A DNA stretch of 64,000 bases, taken from Pelagomonas calceolata (lineage: Eukaryota). Shown piece after piece: positions 44,601-53,229 of this stretch. Every line of letters begins with the position of its first letter. The stretch's first letter is position 1. The notes under the pieces are model-generated. The model was not told where the DNA came from. It made no database searches and was given only the letters and a program-made list of their open reading frames with translations. Position numbers and translations under genes: made by a program. The stretch is taken from assembly GCA_918797485.1 (NCBI GenBank), contig CAKKNE010000002.1, positions 2,480,001 through 2,544,000 of the forward strand, given 5' to 3'.

Positions 44601-45517
44601 CGACGCTGGCGGCGGCCTTCTTCCGCGCGTGCGACGATCGGTGCGACGCCGAAGGGGCGGCGCCCGATTGTAGAGATAGGTTACTGGAGGCCGCACCCTT
44701 ATTACTGCGGGAGCTCCTGAACAACCTCGCGGAGCCGGACGACGCGTGTCGCGGGCAAGCGTTGGAGGCGTTAGCCTCGTACGGCGACGCGGTCGCCGTC
44801 GAGAGGCAGGCCGAGCATTTGGATATGTATAGGGCGACCTTGCAGTCGGCGGCGTCGGCGGCGCGATTGGGACGTAAACAAGTGGAGGAGCCCGTCCCAG
44901 CCCTGAGCCGCGATGGCGGTCTGAAGACGCTGCTGCCTCCGTATCTACATTCGCTGTTGCACGGCGACCCGGAGCAGCGCGAATCGGCAGCGCTGGGCAT
45001 CGGCGAGCTCGTCCGATTATCAAGTGAGGCCACCCTGAAGCCCGTGGCGATCAAGGTCGCAGGACCCCTCATTAGGGTTGGCGGCGACCGGTTCGGCGGG
45101 CCCGTGAAGGCGGCGGTGCTCGAGGCGCTCGCGGCGCTTCTAGAAGTAGCGCCGAAGCTCGTGAAGGCCTTCGTGCCTCAATTGCAAGCGACCTTCGCCA
45201 AGGCGCTGCGGGACCCGGCCCTCGAGGTGCGCCGAAACGGCGTCACTGCATTGGGACTGTTGGCGCCGCTGTCGACGCGGCTCGACGCTCTGGTCACCGA
45301 CCTGTCGTCGGGGGCGACGGCGGACGACGCGCCCGACGCCGTCGCCGCGGCGTGCCTGAAGGGCCTAGCAGCAGTTTTCGGGAACGCGACAGGGCCGAAG
45401 CCGCCCTCGGACGCGAGCCGCGACGCCGCGCGCGACGCGGCCGAGGCGCTCGCGGGGCACGAGGACCCCGAGGTGTCCAAGGCGGCTGCGGCGTTGTCAT
45501 CTACTCTGGGGGGTTAA
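38615..45517 (+). CDS. GCN1: GCN1 translational activator (HEAT repeats)
   Basis: LGVLFEPY, LSAHGVKL, SWR..A..LG..CAPKQL, VRQAAVEVWKTVVPNTPR, VAGPLIRVGGDRF, FVPQLQATFAKAL. Confidence 0.92.
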   Translation: MAADLTAAIKRCKLSPEAGAAELRKALEETHELASAADAAAAAAASLKSGSATARGHALAACILLAGLVEDANDAADAVAAVLETATDWAARGALAGGLMALAANAGAGAGFVRATKATAAAATKASGGGDDAAAAAARAACWAACAVCGASLREPVADVTKALSQDLKTAAAPASRSRAPAALRAAASLLHEGPGDEPLEANASPTETEKSPWVASLREALPALEALAPKAPPKKPKAAGPAYAAAQNVLALLSATPKARAKTLGVAATDGGAVLWGGADASSKWAAASVLRRAFDGEAVASFSSVSPHCWRGLARAATTREAYVRVAARRALRAGIGKWPKAVASSHAEELWGLARICERGDGPKPIDEEGNPEAARPDLRRAVADLLRETRPLEAFSPVLTANLALLCHHAAVASPKVSARLWRRVSGKCALNDAGRDILKDALLAVDDEPTAVTNERRAAAARAFAALNADAWPLVADALREATANAPSADARKAWAGAVSSEADAPSLFEGTSTAKPKAAVKSAKRGKLYGSDDAAWESEVRKDLAKKKTGTVDNAVSKRVAEVSQEVASYRATATAAVDAFVALSNAGAFSSGTRDALDALAALDAAVPDLNASTGFAAIGNSSVLGAALALAHGHSVDAVLTSNDSIQRRVVERGLVVLGEREAAPECLALACAALEAAPACFSGNLPNYEPPLRSAIVAAARALQRCVGAPHLVRADCVSATLALTRAAALDDQLRLALDKANIEVDATAAALCSTKCDAATTSILCGAGPRAAGLLSAAPAERRAARGALSEALAHNSPLSDASEAAAAVSSYFEDDAAETPLPTKPAADALVALALDDADDDDAYANARAAARRACAAVDGDVWSACRAAFDAAAAPPEEASSSNVFAAPGDDSLERSAEAKAQERSSKARRRRRAAQLLAALCAAGKAPGDAFPWVVSKLDDPDDGVRSSVVQLGVACVDADGDDGLAVKIKACEDALAKATSCEAVTLLGAAASHLAPDDVRVADVADRLVDVLVATTKADEPPPPPKEVKKKPRAVAAKTGIAAIGMAPQKKNPFAKRGSGPAKPRLGAADIGGLRKTRAEREGSVPEKKQRTFDIKPVADCLGKLAKTMKKTHAERAGSLVERLRETSFSDRDPATRRKASTGLAAVVKGLGIGALKKQEVVERIRDALDARAAGGDLNAAHGALSCIEALAKTLGVLFEPYEIKLLAPLLNCFADSSDVVRNAAKNAAREVFGGLSAHGVKLALPDVLKQAAGEETTSWRARVAAIEMLGATASCAPKQLGAVLPKAVPALADALADTHDGVREAARKALEEVFSVASNPEVRAARKELLAALCDPAHCTLQALEALEQREFARAPDAPALALLAPILARGLRDRAALTKRRAALVCGNLAALCAGTAQEQALAPHLPLFQPLLETNAVGDAHPDVRLAAATALAQVVDALGVDRVPFIIQRLTRAALSRTEPDECGDIIAKKGDEVLAAGASERSGAAQALSLVCVESGTVSALMRDDLVPLSRHQTPAAREGALWCLRFLARDDADFGDHVQDALKAVLDGLADDADAIRDVALLAGKQLVRAHGDAQLHVLLPSLEGQLLGPRWRLREAAARLLGELLCLIGDARQVGVAEFDDADAALGDEETANKLRKRIGGAAWRNTISSLYIARLDAVQGVRQAAVEVWKTVVPNTPRMLREVLETLVRRLVAMLTPVSSSQDDAERLQGVQQPEYNTSDDEDGDELEADDINVERQRVASRALGDVVLKIGDRVIPELMPLLQEAFDNGDEATRVGVCLGLAEVCGATPQRQANEKLDLLAPPVVEALCGPNASPRITAHAAMAFHALHGQAGPRAVEEVVPEVLRRLDDDSDDRGATRARGALREICRRRARELLTGVIPQLLKRPMSERRADALGAVADVAASALRPFVATVVRAALAELGAETEHAEAVAAGAAAVAAAVAAGGDASAAVGPLASPFADNAKAPLRRDASTLAAAFFRACDDRCDAEGAAPDCRDRLLEAAPLLLRELLNNLAEPDDACRGQALEALASYGDAVAVERQAEHLDMYRATLQSAASAARLGRKQVEEPVPALSRDGGLKTLLPPYLHSLLHGDPEQRESAALGIGELVRLSSEATLKPVAIKVAGPLIRVGGDRFGGPVKAAVLEALAALLEVAPKLVKAFVPQLQATFAKALRDPALEVRRNGVTALGLLAPLSTRLDALVTDLSSGATADDAPDAVAAACLKGLAAVFGNATGPKPPSDASRDAARDAAEALAGHEDPEVSKAAAALSSTLGG

Positions 45518-45536
45518 TACGTATCTATGGTAAACC

Positions 45537-45831
45537 GTTTTAAATACCTTGCCCCCATGACGACGGTACCGCGCGACTTGCGGGATATTTTTGAAAATAG
45601 TCAAGTCAATCAATCATAAATCTAATACCGGTTCCTATGTTCTATGGGGTATTGGCGTTATCGCTGATAGTCGCAGATTATATCCTTGCCTGTTTTAAAT
45701 ACCTTGCTCCCATGACGACGGTACCGCGCGACTTGCGGGATATTTTTGAAAATGGTCAAGTCGGTCGATCATGAAACTAATACCGGTTCCTATGTTCTAT
45801 GGGGCATTGGAGGTATCGCTGATAGTCGCAG
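45537..45831. repeat. AT-rich diverged tandem dimer, 155-bp period
   Basis: GTTTTAAATACCTTGC... starts at 45537 and 45692; both units run to GCTGATAGTCGCAG. Confidence 0.92.
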
Positions 45832-45905
45832 GTGTATTCCCGTGCACCGTTAAAAATTCTACCAACCAGTCCTAGCCAGTAGTTCTAAAACAGCCCTTAG
45901 TACTA

Positions 45906-47957
45906 CTAGAGATCGTCGTCGTCGAAATCATCTAAATCGTCGTCGGGCGGTGCCGTGTCGCCGCCGCCCGTCCCCTCCGATTGCGATGACTGGTACGCCT
46001 TCTGCAAGATCGGGTTTGCCACCTCCTCGAGCGCCTTCCGCTGCGCGTCGCTCTCATCCTTCGGCGGCGCGGGCGACGCGTGGTCGTCGAGCCACGCCGT
46101 CGCCGCGTCGAGCGCTTTATCGAGCGCGGCTCTGTCGTCGCCGTCGAGCGTCAACCCGTCCAACGAGCCCCGCAGCTGGTACGCGTAGGCCTCGAACTGG
46201 TTGCGGGCCTCGACGTTTTCTCGCAGTTGCTTGTCCCCCTCGGCGAACTCCTCGGCTTCCCGCACCATCCTTTCGATCTCGTCCTCGGACAATCTCCCTT
46301 TCTCCGCAGTGATCGTGATGTCTTTTGAGGCGCCCGACGCCGTGTCCCGAGCGGAGACAGATAAAATACCATTGGCGTCGACGTCGAACGCGACCTCGAT
46401 CTGCGGGACACCTCGCGGCGCCGGTGGAATGCCCGTCAATTCGAATTTCCCGAGTGACCGGCAGTCCTTCGTCATGGAGCGCTCGCCCTCGAAAACCTGG
46501 ATGAGCACGCCCGGCTGGTTGTCGGCGTACGTGCTGAAAACTTGTGTTTTTTTTGCTGGTATGGTCGTACCGCGCTCGATAAGTTTGGTCATCACTCCAC
46601 CAGCGGTCTCGATGCCCAGGGACAGAGGCGCTACATCTAGTAACAACACGTCCTTGGTCGCATCGCCAGTGGCACCAGACAGAATGCCAGCCTGCACGGC
46701 CGCACCATACGCCACGGCCTCGTCCGGATTGATGCGTTGGTTGAGTTCCTTCCCGTCGAAGAAGTCCCGCAGTAGACTTTGGACCTTCGGGACCCGCGTA
46801 GACCCACCGACCAACACCACCTGGTCCACGTCTGCTTTCTTGAGGCCGGCATCCTTCAGCACCCTAGCTACCGGTTTCAAGGTACGTTTGAACAAGTCGG
46901 AGCACAGCTCCTCGAACTTCGCGCGCGAGATAGGTATGGACAGATCAATCCCCTGGTGCACGGCGTCGACGTCCACGGTAGTTTGGGTCGCAGAAGACAA
47001 CGCCCGTTTCGCGAGCTCGCACTGCTTCCGGATGCGCTGCAAGGCTTTGGGGTCGTCGCTCACGTCCATGCCCTTGTGCTTGCGCTTGAAGGATTCGACG
47101 CAGTGCGCCATGAGCCGCTGGTCAAAGTCCTCGCCACCGAGATGCGTGTCTCCGGAAGTGGCCCTCACTTCAAACACGCCGTTGTCTATGGTTAATAACG
47201 TGACGTCGAAGGTACCACCTCCCAAGTCAAACACGAGGACGTTCTCCTCCTTGCCGCCGTCGCCGACCTTATCTAATCCGTAAGCAATAGCGGCCGCTGT
47301 CGGCTCGTTAATAACGCGCGCAACTTTGAGGCCGGCGATCGTGCCCGCATCCTTGGTAGCTTGTCTTTGGGCATCGTTGAAATAAGCAGGAACGGTAACC
47401 ACGGCGTGCTTCACCTCCCTTCCTAAGTACGCTTCCGCGGTCTCCTTCATCTTCGTGAGGATCATCGCGGAGATTTCCTCGGGCGAGAACTGCTTCTTGG
47501 CGCCTTTCACTTCGGCCTCGATCTGCGGCTTGCCCTTGGCATCTTTTATAGCAAAACTAAAATGGGACGCGTCCTCCTTGACGGACTCGTCGGCGAACTT
47601 TCTTCCAATGAGTCGCTTGGCGTCGTAGATCGTGTTCGTCGGGTTCTGGGCCGCCTGGTTTTTGGCGGCGTCGCCGACCAACCGCGAACCGTCTTCGCAG
47701 AAGGCGACGTAGGACGGCGTGATGCGGTTCCCCTGGTCGTTCGCGCAGATCTCGACGCGGCCGTTGCGCCAGACGCCGACGCAACTGTACGTCGTGCCCA
47801 GGTCGATGCCGATGCAGGGGCCCTCGATCGGCTCCTCCGACGCGCCGCCGCGGAGGCGTCGCACGGGCGCCGCGGTGCGCAGGCCGCGCGGCGTGAGCCG
47901 CGCGGCGGTCGTCGCGAGGAGTGCGCTCAAGAGCGCACTGCTCCTCCGCCGAACCAT
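45906..47957 (-). CDS. Hsp70 with signal peptide (BiP-like or periplastid Hsp70)
   Basis: [48 protein letters not shown]-terminal signal; ends DDDDL. Confidence 0.93.
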   Translation of the reverse strand: MVRRRSSALLSALLATTAARLTPRGLRTAAPVRRLRGGASEEPIEGPCIGIDLGTTYSCVGVWRNGRVEICANDQGNRITPSYVAFCEDGSRLVGDAAKNQAAQNPTNTIYDAKRLIGRKFADESVKEDASHFSFAIKDAKGKPQIEAEVKGAKKQFSPEEISAMILTKMKETAEAYLGREVKHAVVTVPAYFNDAQRQATKDAGTIAGLKVARVINEPTAAAIAYGLDKVGDGGKEENVLVFDLGGGTFDVTLLTIDNGVFEVRATSGDTHLGGEDFDQRLMAHCVESFKRKHKGMDVSDDPKALQRIRKQCELAKRALSSATQTTVDVDAVHQGIDLSIPISRAKFEELCSDLFKRTLKPVARVLKDAGLKKADVDQVVLVGGSTRVPKVQSLLRDFFDGKELNQRINPDEAVAYGAAVQAGILSGATGDATKDVLLLDVAPLSLGIETAGGVMTKLIERGTTIPAKKTQVFSTYADNQPGVLIQVFEGERSMTKDCRSLGKFELTGIPPAPRGVPQIEVAFDVDANGILSVSARDTASGASKDITITAEKGRLSEDEIERMVREAEEFAEGDKQLRENVEARNQFEAYAYQLRGSLDGLTLDGDDRAALDKALDAATAWLDDHASPAPPKDESDAQRKALEEVANPILQKAYQSSQSEGTGGGDTAPPDDDLDDFDDDDL

Positions 47958-48320
47958 GGTGTCTTGTGTGCACGTCTACGCGCGGGTGAGCTCGCTGCAG
48001 CTACTGTGCAGTCGTGTCTGGCGTGTCTGCTGCCGCAGCGATTGATCGCTTTGAACTGCAAGCGATTCCTTGGTATAGATGCGTGTCTGGAAGCAGTCGA
48101 CCTTGCAATTTTAAGCCACAAGCGCGCAGCACAGCATTGACCAAAGCCAGTCTCAATGCTCCAAGTGGCACCTCTAGGAATGAGCGCAGGCATGCTTGCG
48201 CCCTCTACCCGTGCGAGGGAAGGCCTCTTACGTACCGTTCCGAGAGCTATGTCGCGATTTCATGACGGGTTTTCTAGCTAAAAGTCCGCTTTGCGAACGC
48301 CGTCAATCGATCTATTCAGG

Positions 48321-48893
48321 ATGGACGATCTACGGCTTATGGACGCGATTGCGCCGCCCACCACAAGCGCTCAACCGCCGGCGGAGCCTCCAAAAGCTGT
48401 CGAGCTCAGTGAGCAGACGCCCCTCTCGGGCTTCGACCGCAAGCAAAAGCAGGTCGAGGCCGGAGAGATCTCGGACGTCGGCGCGAGCATCGAACGTGTC
48501 GGTCAAGGCCGACCGCCGGCCGCCGCGAGCTACGGCGCGGCCGCCGCCGTCGGCTGGGAGGAGACCAAGGCGGCGGCGCGCGCCGACGAGGACGACACCT
48601 ACGCGTCTGGGCTATTGGCGGAATCGGCGGACGCGGCGGAGGCGGGCGTCCACCTCGGCGCGCGCGTCCACGAGCGCCTCGTCGAACAGAGGAGGGCGAT
48701 GGAGGGCGCCGGTTATTTACTGACCGACTTGCGGCGCATCCGGACCGAGGCTGGCACGTATCTAGAAGAGGTCCGGCGGCGGAAGATGCGGCGGCGAAAT
48801 TGTTTGGTCGGCGTCGCCGCGGTGTTGTCGGTTGTGGATGTGGGGCTCTTCTACGCGCTGTGCAAGGGGCACGGGACATTTCGGGGGTCATAA
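48321..48893 (+). CDS. Tail-anchored Qb-SNARE-like protein (Vti1/membrin-like)
   Basis: Heptad helix with central Q (LVEQRRAM), basic linker, C-terminal TM. Confidence 0.55.
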   Translation: MDDLRLMDAIAPPTTSAQPPAEPPKAVELSEQTPLSGFDRKQKQVEAGEISDVGASIERVGQGRPPAAASYGAAAAVGWEETKAAARADEDDTYASGLLAESADAAEAGVHLGARVHERLVEQRRAMEGAGYLLTDLRRIRTEAGTYLEEVRRRKMRRRNCLVGVAAVLSVVDVGLFYALCKGHGTFRGS

Positions 48894-49025
48894 ATTGTTG
48901 TTCACAAGGCCATCGAGTACATCGCGCGACCGAGATGATCGAGAGCTAACGTTGTGAGGCACTAGCACAGCATCAAGACAGCGTGGCTGGGCTCTGCCGT
49001 GTCTAGAACGCCTAATATTGGCAAG

Positions 49026-49571
49026 ATGCGTGTTTTATCCTTGGTGGTGGGTACCGCTGGTGCCTTCTCGACGTCGAGGAACCCGCTTGCGACGGCGCCG
49101 CGGAGGCAAGCCTCGTCGAGCCAGCTCCAGATGCTTGATGCTGCCGTAATCCAGGGCGGCGCGGCTGCCGTCGGCGGCCTCGCCGTGGGATTGGGTATGG
49201 CGTGGTTCAGCGAGCAGCAGGTCGAGCAGGGCGAGCAGCGCGGCAGCGACGCCGTCTCCGAGGCGACGCGGGCCAAGATGTACTTGCGCGGCGTCTTCGT
49301 TGTATCTTGAGCGTGTCGCGCGGGCGCGGCGACGGCGTCGCCGCGACTGCACGGCGCCACCACGCCGTCAACGAGAGTCTCGGCAGTTTCGCGACGACGG
49401 CGGCGCCCGCGCAGGTCGGCCATGTTCATGGAGGACGAGGTCCTGCCCGACACGACGCTCGACGACACCGTGAGCCGCATGGAGGCGGCCCTGGCCGCCG
49501 CGAAGGGCGAGGCCGCCGTCGAGGAGAAGGTCGAGGAGAAGCCGGCGTCGTCGATCGACGACGGGTGGTGA
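49026..49571 (+). CDS. Small plastid-targeted membrane protein, two exons (49026-49279, 49415-49571), 136 aa
   Basis: Leader AGA-FST; one TM; removing GT..AG intron 49280-49414 restores ...RAKMSAMFMEDE...IDDGW*. Confidence 0.75.
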
Positions 49572-49927
49572 GCTGTTCTCTCGAGCGTTTGTTTCTTTGC
49601 TTGGCGTAAGAGTGCTCGTTGTCGATTCTCTAGACCGCGTAGCTGTTGTGCGCGCGCAAAACCCGCCAGCTGGCCGGCCGCGCCGCACTACGGCCTACTG
49701 GTAGGATACCAAGCCCCCCTAGTTACATTATGTATTGCAGTAACTTGTAGGAAAACCAGGGGGTAGCTGAGCGCCCAGCGGCGCTGCTAAAAGCGCTGCG
49801 ATCTCGGTCCAGCTGCATCGCATTAAAACTTGATTGGGGGAGGCAGCCCACACGCAGCTGCTGCGCAGCATACTCTAATCAAGTTTTAATAACTTGTTCA
49901 CAGCCCGAGAACGTTGGTGCTGCCACG

Positions 49928-52900
49928 ATGCCGCGGGTGTGGAAGCCCGCGGCGGACGATCAGCACATCTTCGACGCCCTGCCAATGCCGGAGGGGGACG
50001 TCTTCCTCAGCGACGACGAGCTCCTCATGGAGATGGACGGCGTGGCGACGCGCGCCGCGCTCAACGCGGCGCTCGGTCCCACCGCGAGGACAAGGGTGAC
50101 CTTTGATGCCGAGGGTCGGTACTGGCGGAAGTCGTACGAAATTGATAAGGAGCCGCGGTGCATCTACTTCTTGCCAGCCGTGCAGAACGCGCGCGCGCTC
50201 GAGGAGTACCCCGATGGCGTCGAGCCGCCGTTCCCGCGACCAGAGGAGAAGTTCCAGTGCAAGAGGAAGCAGCCGCCCCGAGCGCCGCGCAAGCCGTCGA
50301 AGACGACGGCGCGGTCCGGCGAGAAGCGCCCGACGTCCGCGCGGCCTAGGATGTACACGACGCCCGGCGAGAAGGTCACGCGCGTGGATCCGGTTGATGA
50401 TGCTGAGCTGCTCGTGCCGGACGAAGACGTGGTCGACCTCGACGAAGTCGCGCCAGTACCACGGCCCGTGACACGACGAGATTTAATGGCCCTAGAGCAG
50501 CGCGCCGAAGACGCGCTCGCGGCGTGCGACCGCGCGGAAGCCGCGCGCGCCGCGGCCGTCGCGGCCCACGCGGAGCTACGCGACAGACAGGACGCAGTCT
50601 TCGCGAGGAGCGCCACCGACTCGGCAAGACTTATGCTTCTCTCTCTGGACCGCGAGGCGAACGCGCTCTCCGCGGAGAGAGCGGCACGACGGCGCGACGT
50701 TGATCGCCTTAGAGCCAAATTTTCACAAGAGAAAGAACTATGGAAAATAGACTGTGAGCGACGCGCGGCGGCGCGGCTAGACGAGGAGCGGCGGCGATTG
50801 GAGGAGGGGTTCCGGACAAACACGCGCGAGTTGCAGCGGCAACTCGACGCGCAGAGAACTGAAGTCGCCGATTTGAAAAAGAAACAAAGCCAGCTCAACC
50901 TCGAGCTTTATGGCCTTCGACGGCTTCGAGGCGCCTGGCTGGGTTCTCGTGTTGCGTATTTACCGGAGGAGCCGCCGCCGGATTCGGACTTCGAAGGCGA
51001 GTCGTTGTGGCCCGTGGTCCACGCCGTCGGCGACTTTCTCAGTAGAATTTGTGGTGGTACGCTCAAAAGAAAGCAACAGAAGTGTCTGCGTCTCCTAGCC
51101 GACTACGCGTGGTGTCAACACTCTCGCGGGCGGGGGGAGATTGGCCTCGTGCGAGCTCACTTTGCGTGCGCGGAGTACCGGCGCCTCCAGGAGATTTTCT
51201 CTCCAGCCGAACACTGAAGACCATGGACGTGGAGATGACGGGAACTACGCTGCGAGCGAGCGCCATGCGGGCCAGAGAGCGGGCGGCTCGTTGCGCTCGG
51301 GAGCACGTTGGGCAAGCACGTGATGCTGTTATTCCCCCAAGTTCGCGCTCCAGGAAACAGCCAAGCTGGTCGAGAGTTGCTGATGGCCACAAGGTTTCGG
51401 TTACGGAAACGTCCGCGGGCGACGGCACTTACGAGGCGGTCGGCATTGCGACGGGCGCGGTCCTCGACGCGTCATCGGAAAGCAGTATGGGCCTTGAGAC
51501 TGGACGCAGTCCCGCGGATCCGCGGAGGATCAGAGGCACGCAAGACGGCAGCAACATCACGAAAAGCGACGACTTTACGATGCAAGGGATCCACGTCAAC
51601 GACAGCCGCGCGGTCGACCGATCACTGGGCAAGCCTATCACCGACTTCCAGTCGCCTGATCGGGTTCATATTACTACGTTAGCCGTTGGCCACGAGAGCC
51701 ATGCCCTGTACGAAGCTTTAGACGACGTGACGGATCACTTCAGTACAGCGGCGACGGCGCAAACCGATGGTGTCTACCAGTCAGAGGCAGAGGGCCGCGC
51801 CGTTCACGTTGATTACGTCTGCTCGGGCGACATGGCCAACCTCCAGACGGTGTCGAAGAAGGGCTTCGCGACTGGGACGTCGGAGAACGCGCGGCCGTGT
51901 TATTGTTGCGCGCAGACCAACAGGCAGATGACGACGCCCAAGGTAGTTGACGACCTTTGCGACGTCTGCAGAGCAGCGGGTCGGTTAGTGTGCTACCACG
52001 CGGAGATGTCGACGCCGGCTGCCGTAGACGAGTGGCGCGCTACGGCTGCCGCTGCGCTCACGGAGCTCAGAGGGGAGCTGCCCCCAGCCTACCGCTACAT
52101 GCGCGAGGCCAAGACTTTAAGTGCGGCGCAGCTGCGCGAGCTCGCCGCGGAGGCTGGGCTCGATGCGGGCGGCACCTCGGCCCACTTGCACGCGCGCTTC
52201 GCTGCTTATTGCGGTCAGCATTGCTTGGAATTGGAAAACCCCAACCAAAACGGGTTTTACGCAAAGTTCGACTGTCGAACTGCGACCCCAGCACAAAAAA
52301 CGCAATTTTCGCTGGTCGTGAACGATTGTCTTGTTGATTTCGGCCTGGCGGTGACGGGCAACCTCGGTTCGCGCGTCGAGAAGCTGACGCAGCGCCTGAA
52401 ATTGGTTGACCAATATTACGAACTTCAAGCGCAATTAGAACACGCCACGCCAAATTCTGATGCGCTCATCTCCCTGGTCGAGCATATGGTCCCGTGCGTC
52501 TTGCATTTAGAAAACCGGACGCGCGAGAAGCTGTTGCGGCTCATCCTCAACAATTTATTTGTGATCTACGAGAAGAGCGTGGCCCTGGCGAAGCTGCGGC
52601 CGCTGGAGAAATTCGATTAGAACGAAAGGCCGGCTGCCCGAACGGCCGCGAGGGCAAGTGGACGGCGCCGCTCTCCAGGACGAAGATTCCGTCGAAGCCA
52701 TCCGTTGAATTGCGGCCGCGCCCGGAAGATCTTTGCTAACGTCGGCACGGCTCATCGGGCGTGCTTCCCGGACGACGCCAAGCGGCGGGTCGTCCTCGAC
52801 CTCGTCCGCGGCTACGAGGAATTGATGGTGCTATATCGAAAACGAAGATCTCACGGACGTCGAGATTGCCAAAGCCGACGACCTCGCCCAGGAGACCGCC

Positions 52901-53221
52901 ATCGGCTACTGACGGCCACGGCGAAGGCCCTCACGAACTACTTCCACATGATCGGCTCGGGCCACGTGCGGCTTATTTGCGAAAGTACCGGAACTGCGCC
53001 GCCGCGCTCGAACCAGGGGCGAGAGCGTGAACTTGACGATCGGCGCTTCCTCACGCGGACGCAGCGCGGCGGCCACTGCGGCCACGAGGCGACGCGGGCG
53101 ACGCGCGTCGCCGCGCTGGGCAAGTGGATGCAGCGGCGGATGATGTGGCTCACAGGCCTGGTCAAGCCCGGCGAGCTCAAGGTCATCGGCTGGAAGCAGA
53201 AGCGCGTGATGGGACTGGTAA
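49928..53221 (+). pseudogene. RAG1/Transib-like DDE transposase, frameshifted in this assembly (~1100 aa consensus)
   Basis: GTQDG, SGDMANL, CYCC, CVLHL, LNCGRARKI, LTNYFHMIGSGH, SNQG.E spread over ORFs 49928-51217, 51049-52620 and 52705 onward. Confidence 0.8.
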
Positions 53222-53229
53222 ATTGTGAC

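Noticed and set aside
45537..45831. CRISPR array or spliceosomal snRNA
   Set aside because: Only two long units with no spacers; no U1, U2, U4, U5 or U6 signature sequence recognisable.
49686..49740. True 12/23 RSS (heptamer-spacer-nonamer) in the transposon ends
   Set aside because: Only the CAC start is shared; no convincing ACAAAAACC nonamer at 12 or 23 bp on either end.
52906..53229. C-terminal extension of the 671-aa minus ORF overlapping the transposase
   Set aside because: Copy 2 has a stop at the equivalent of ~53230; the extension comes from indels in copy 1.
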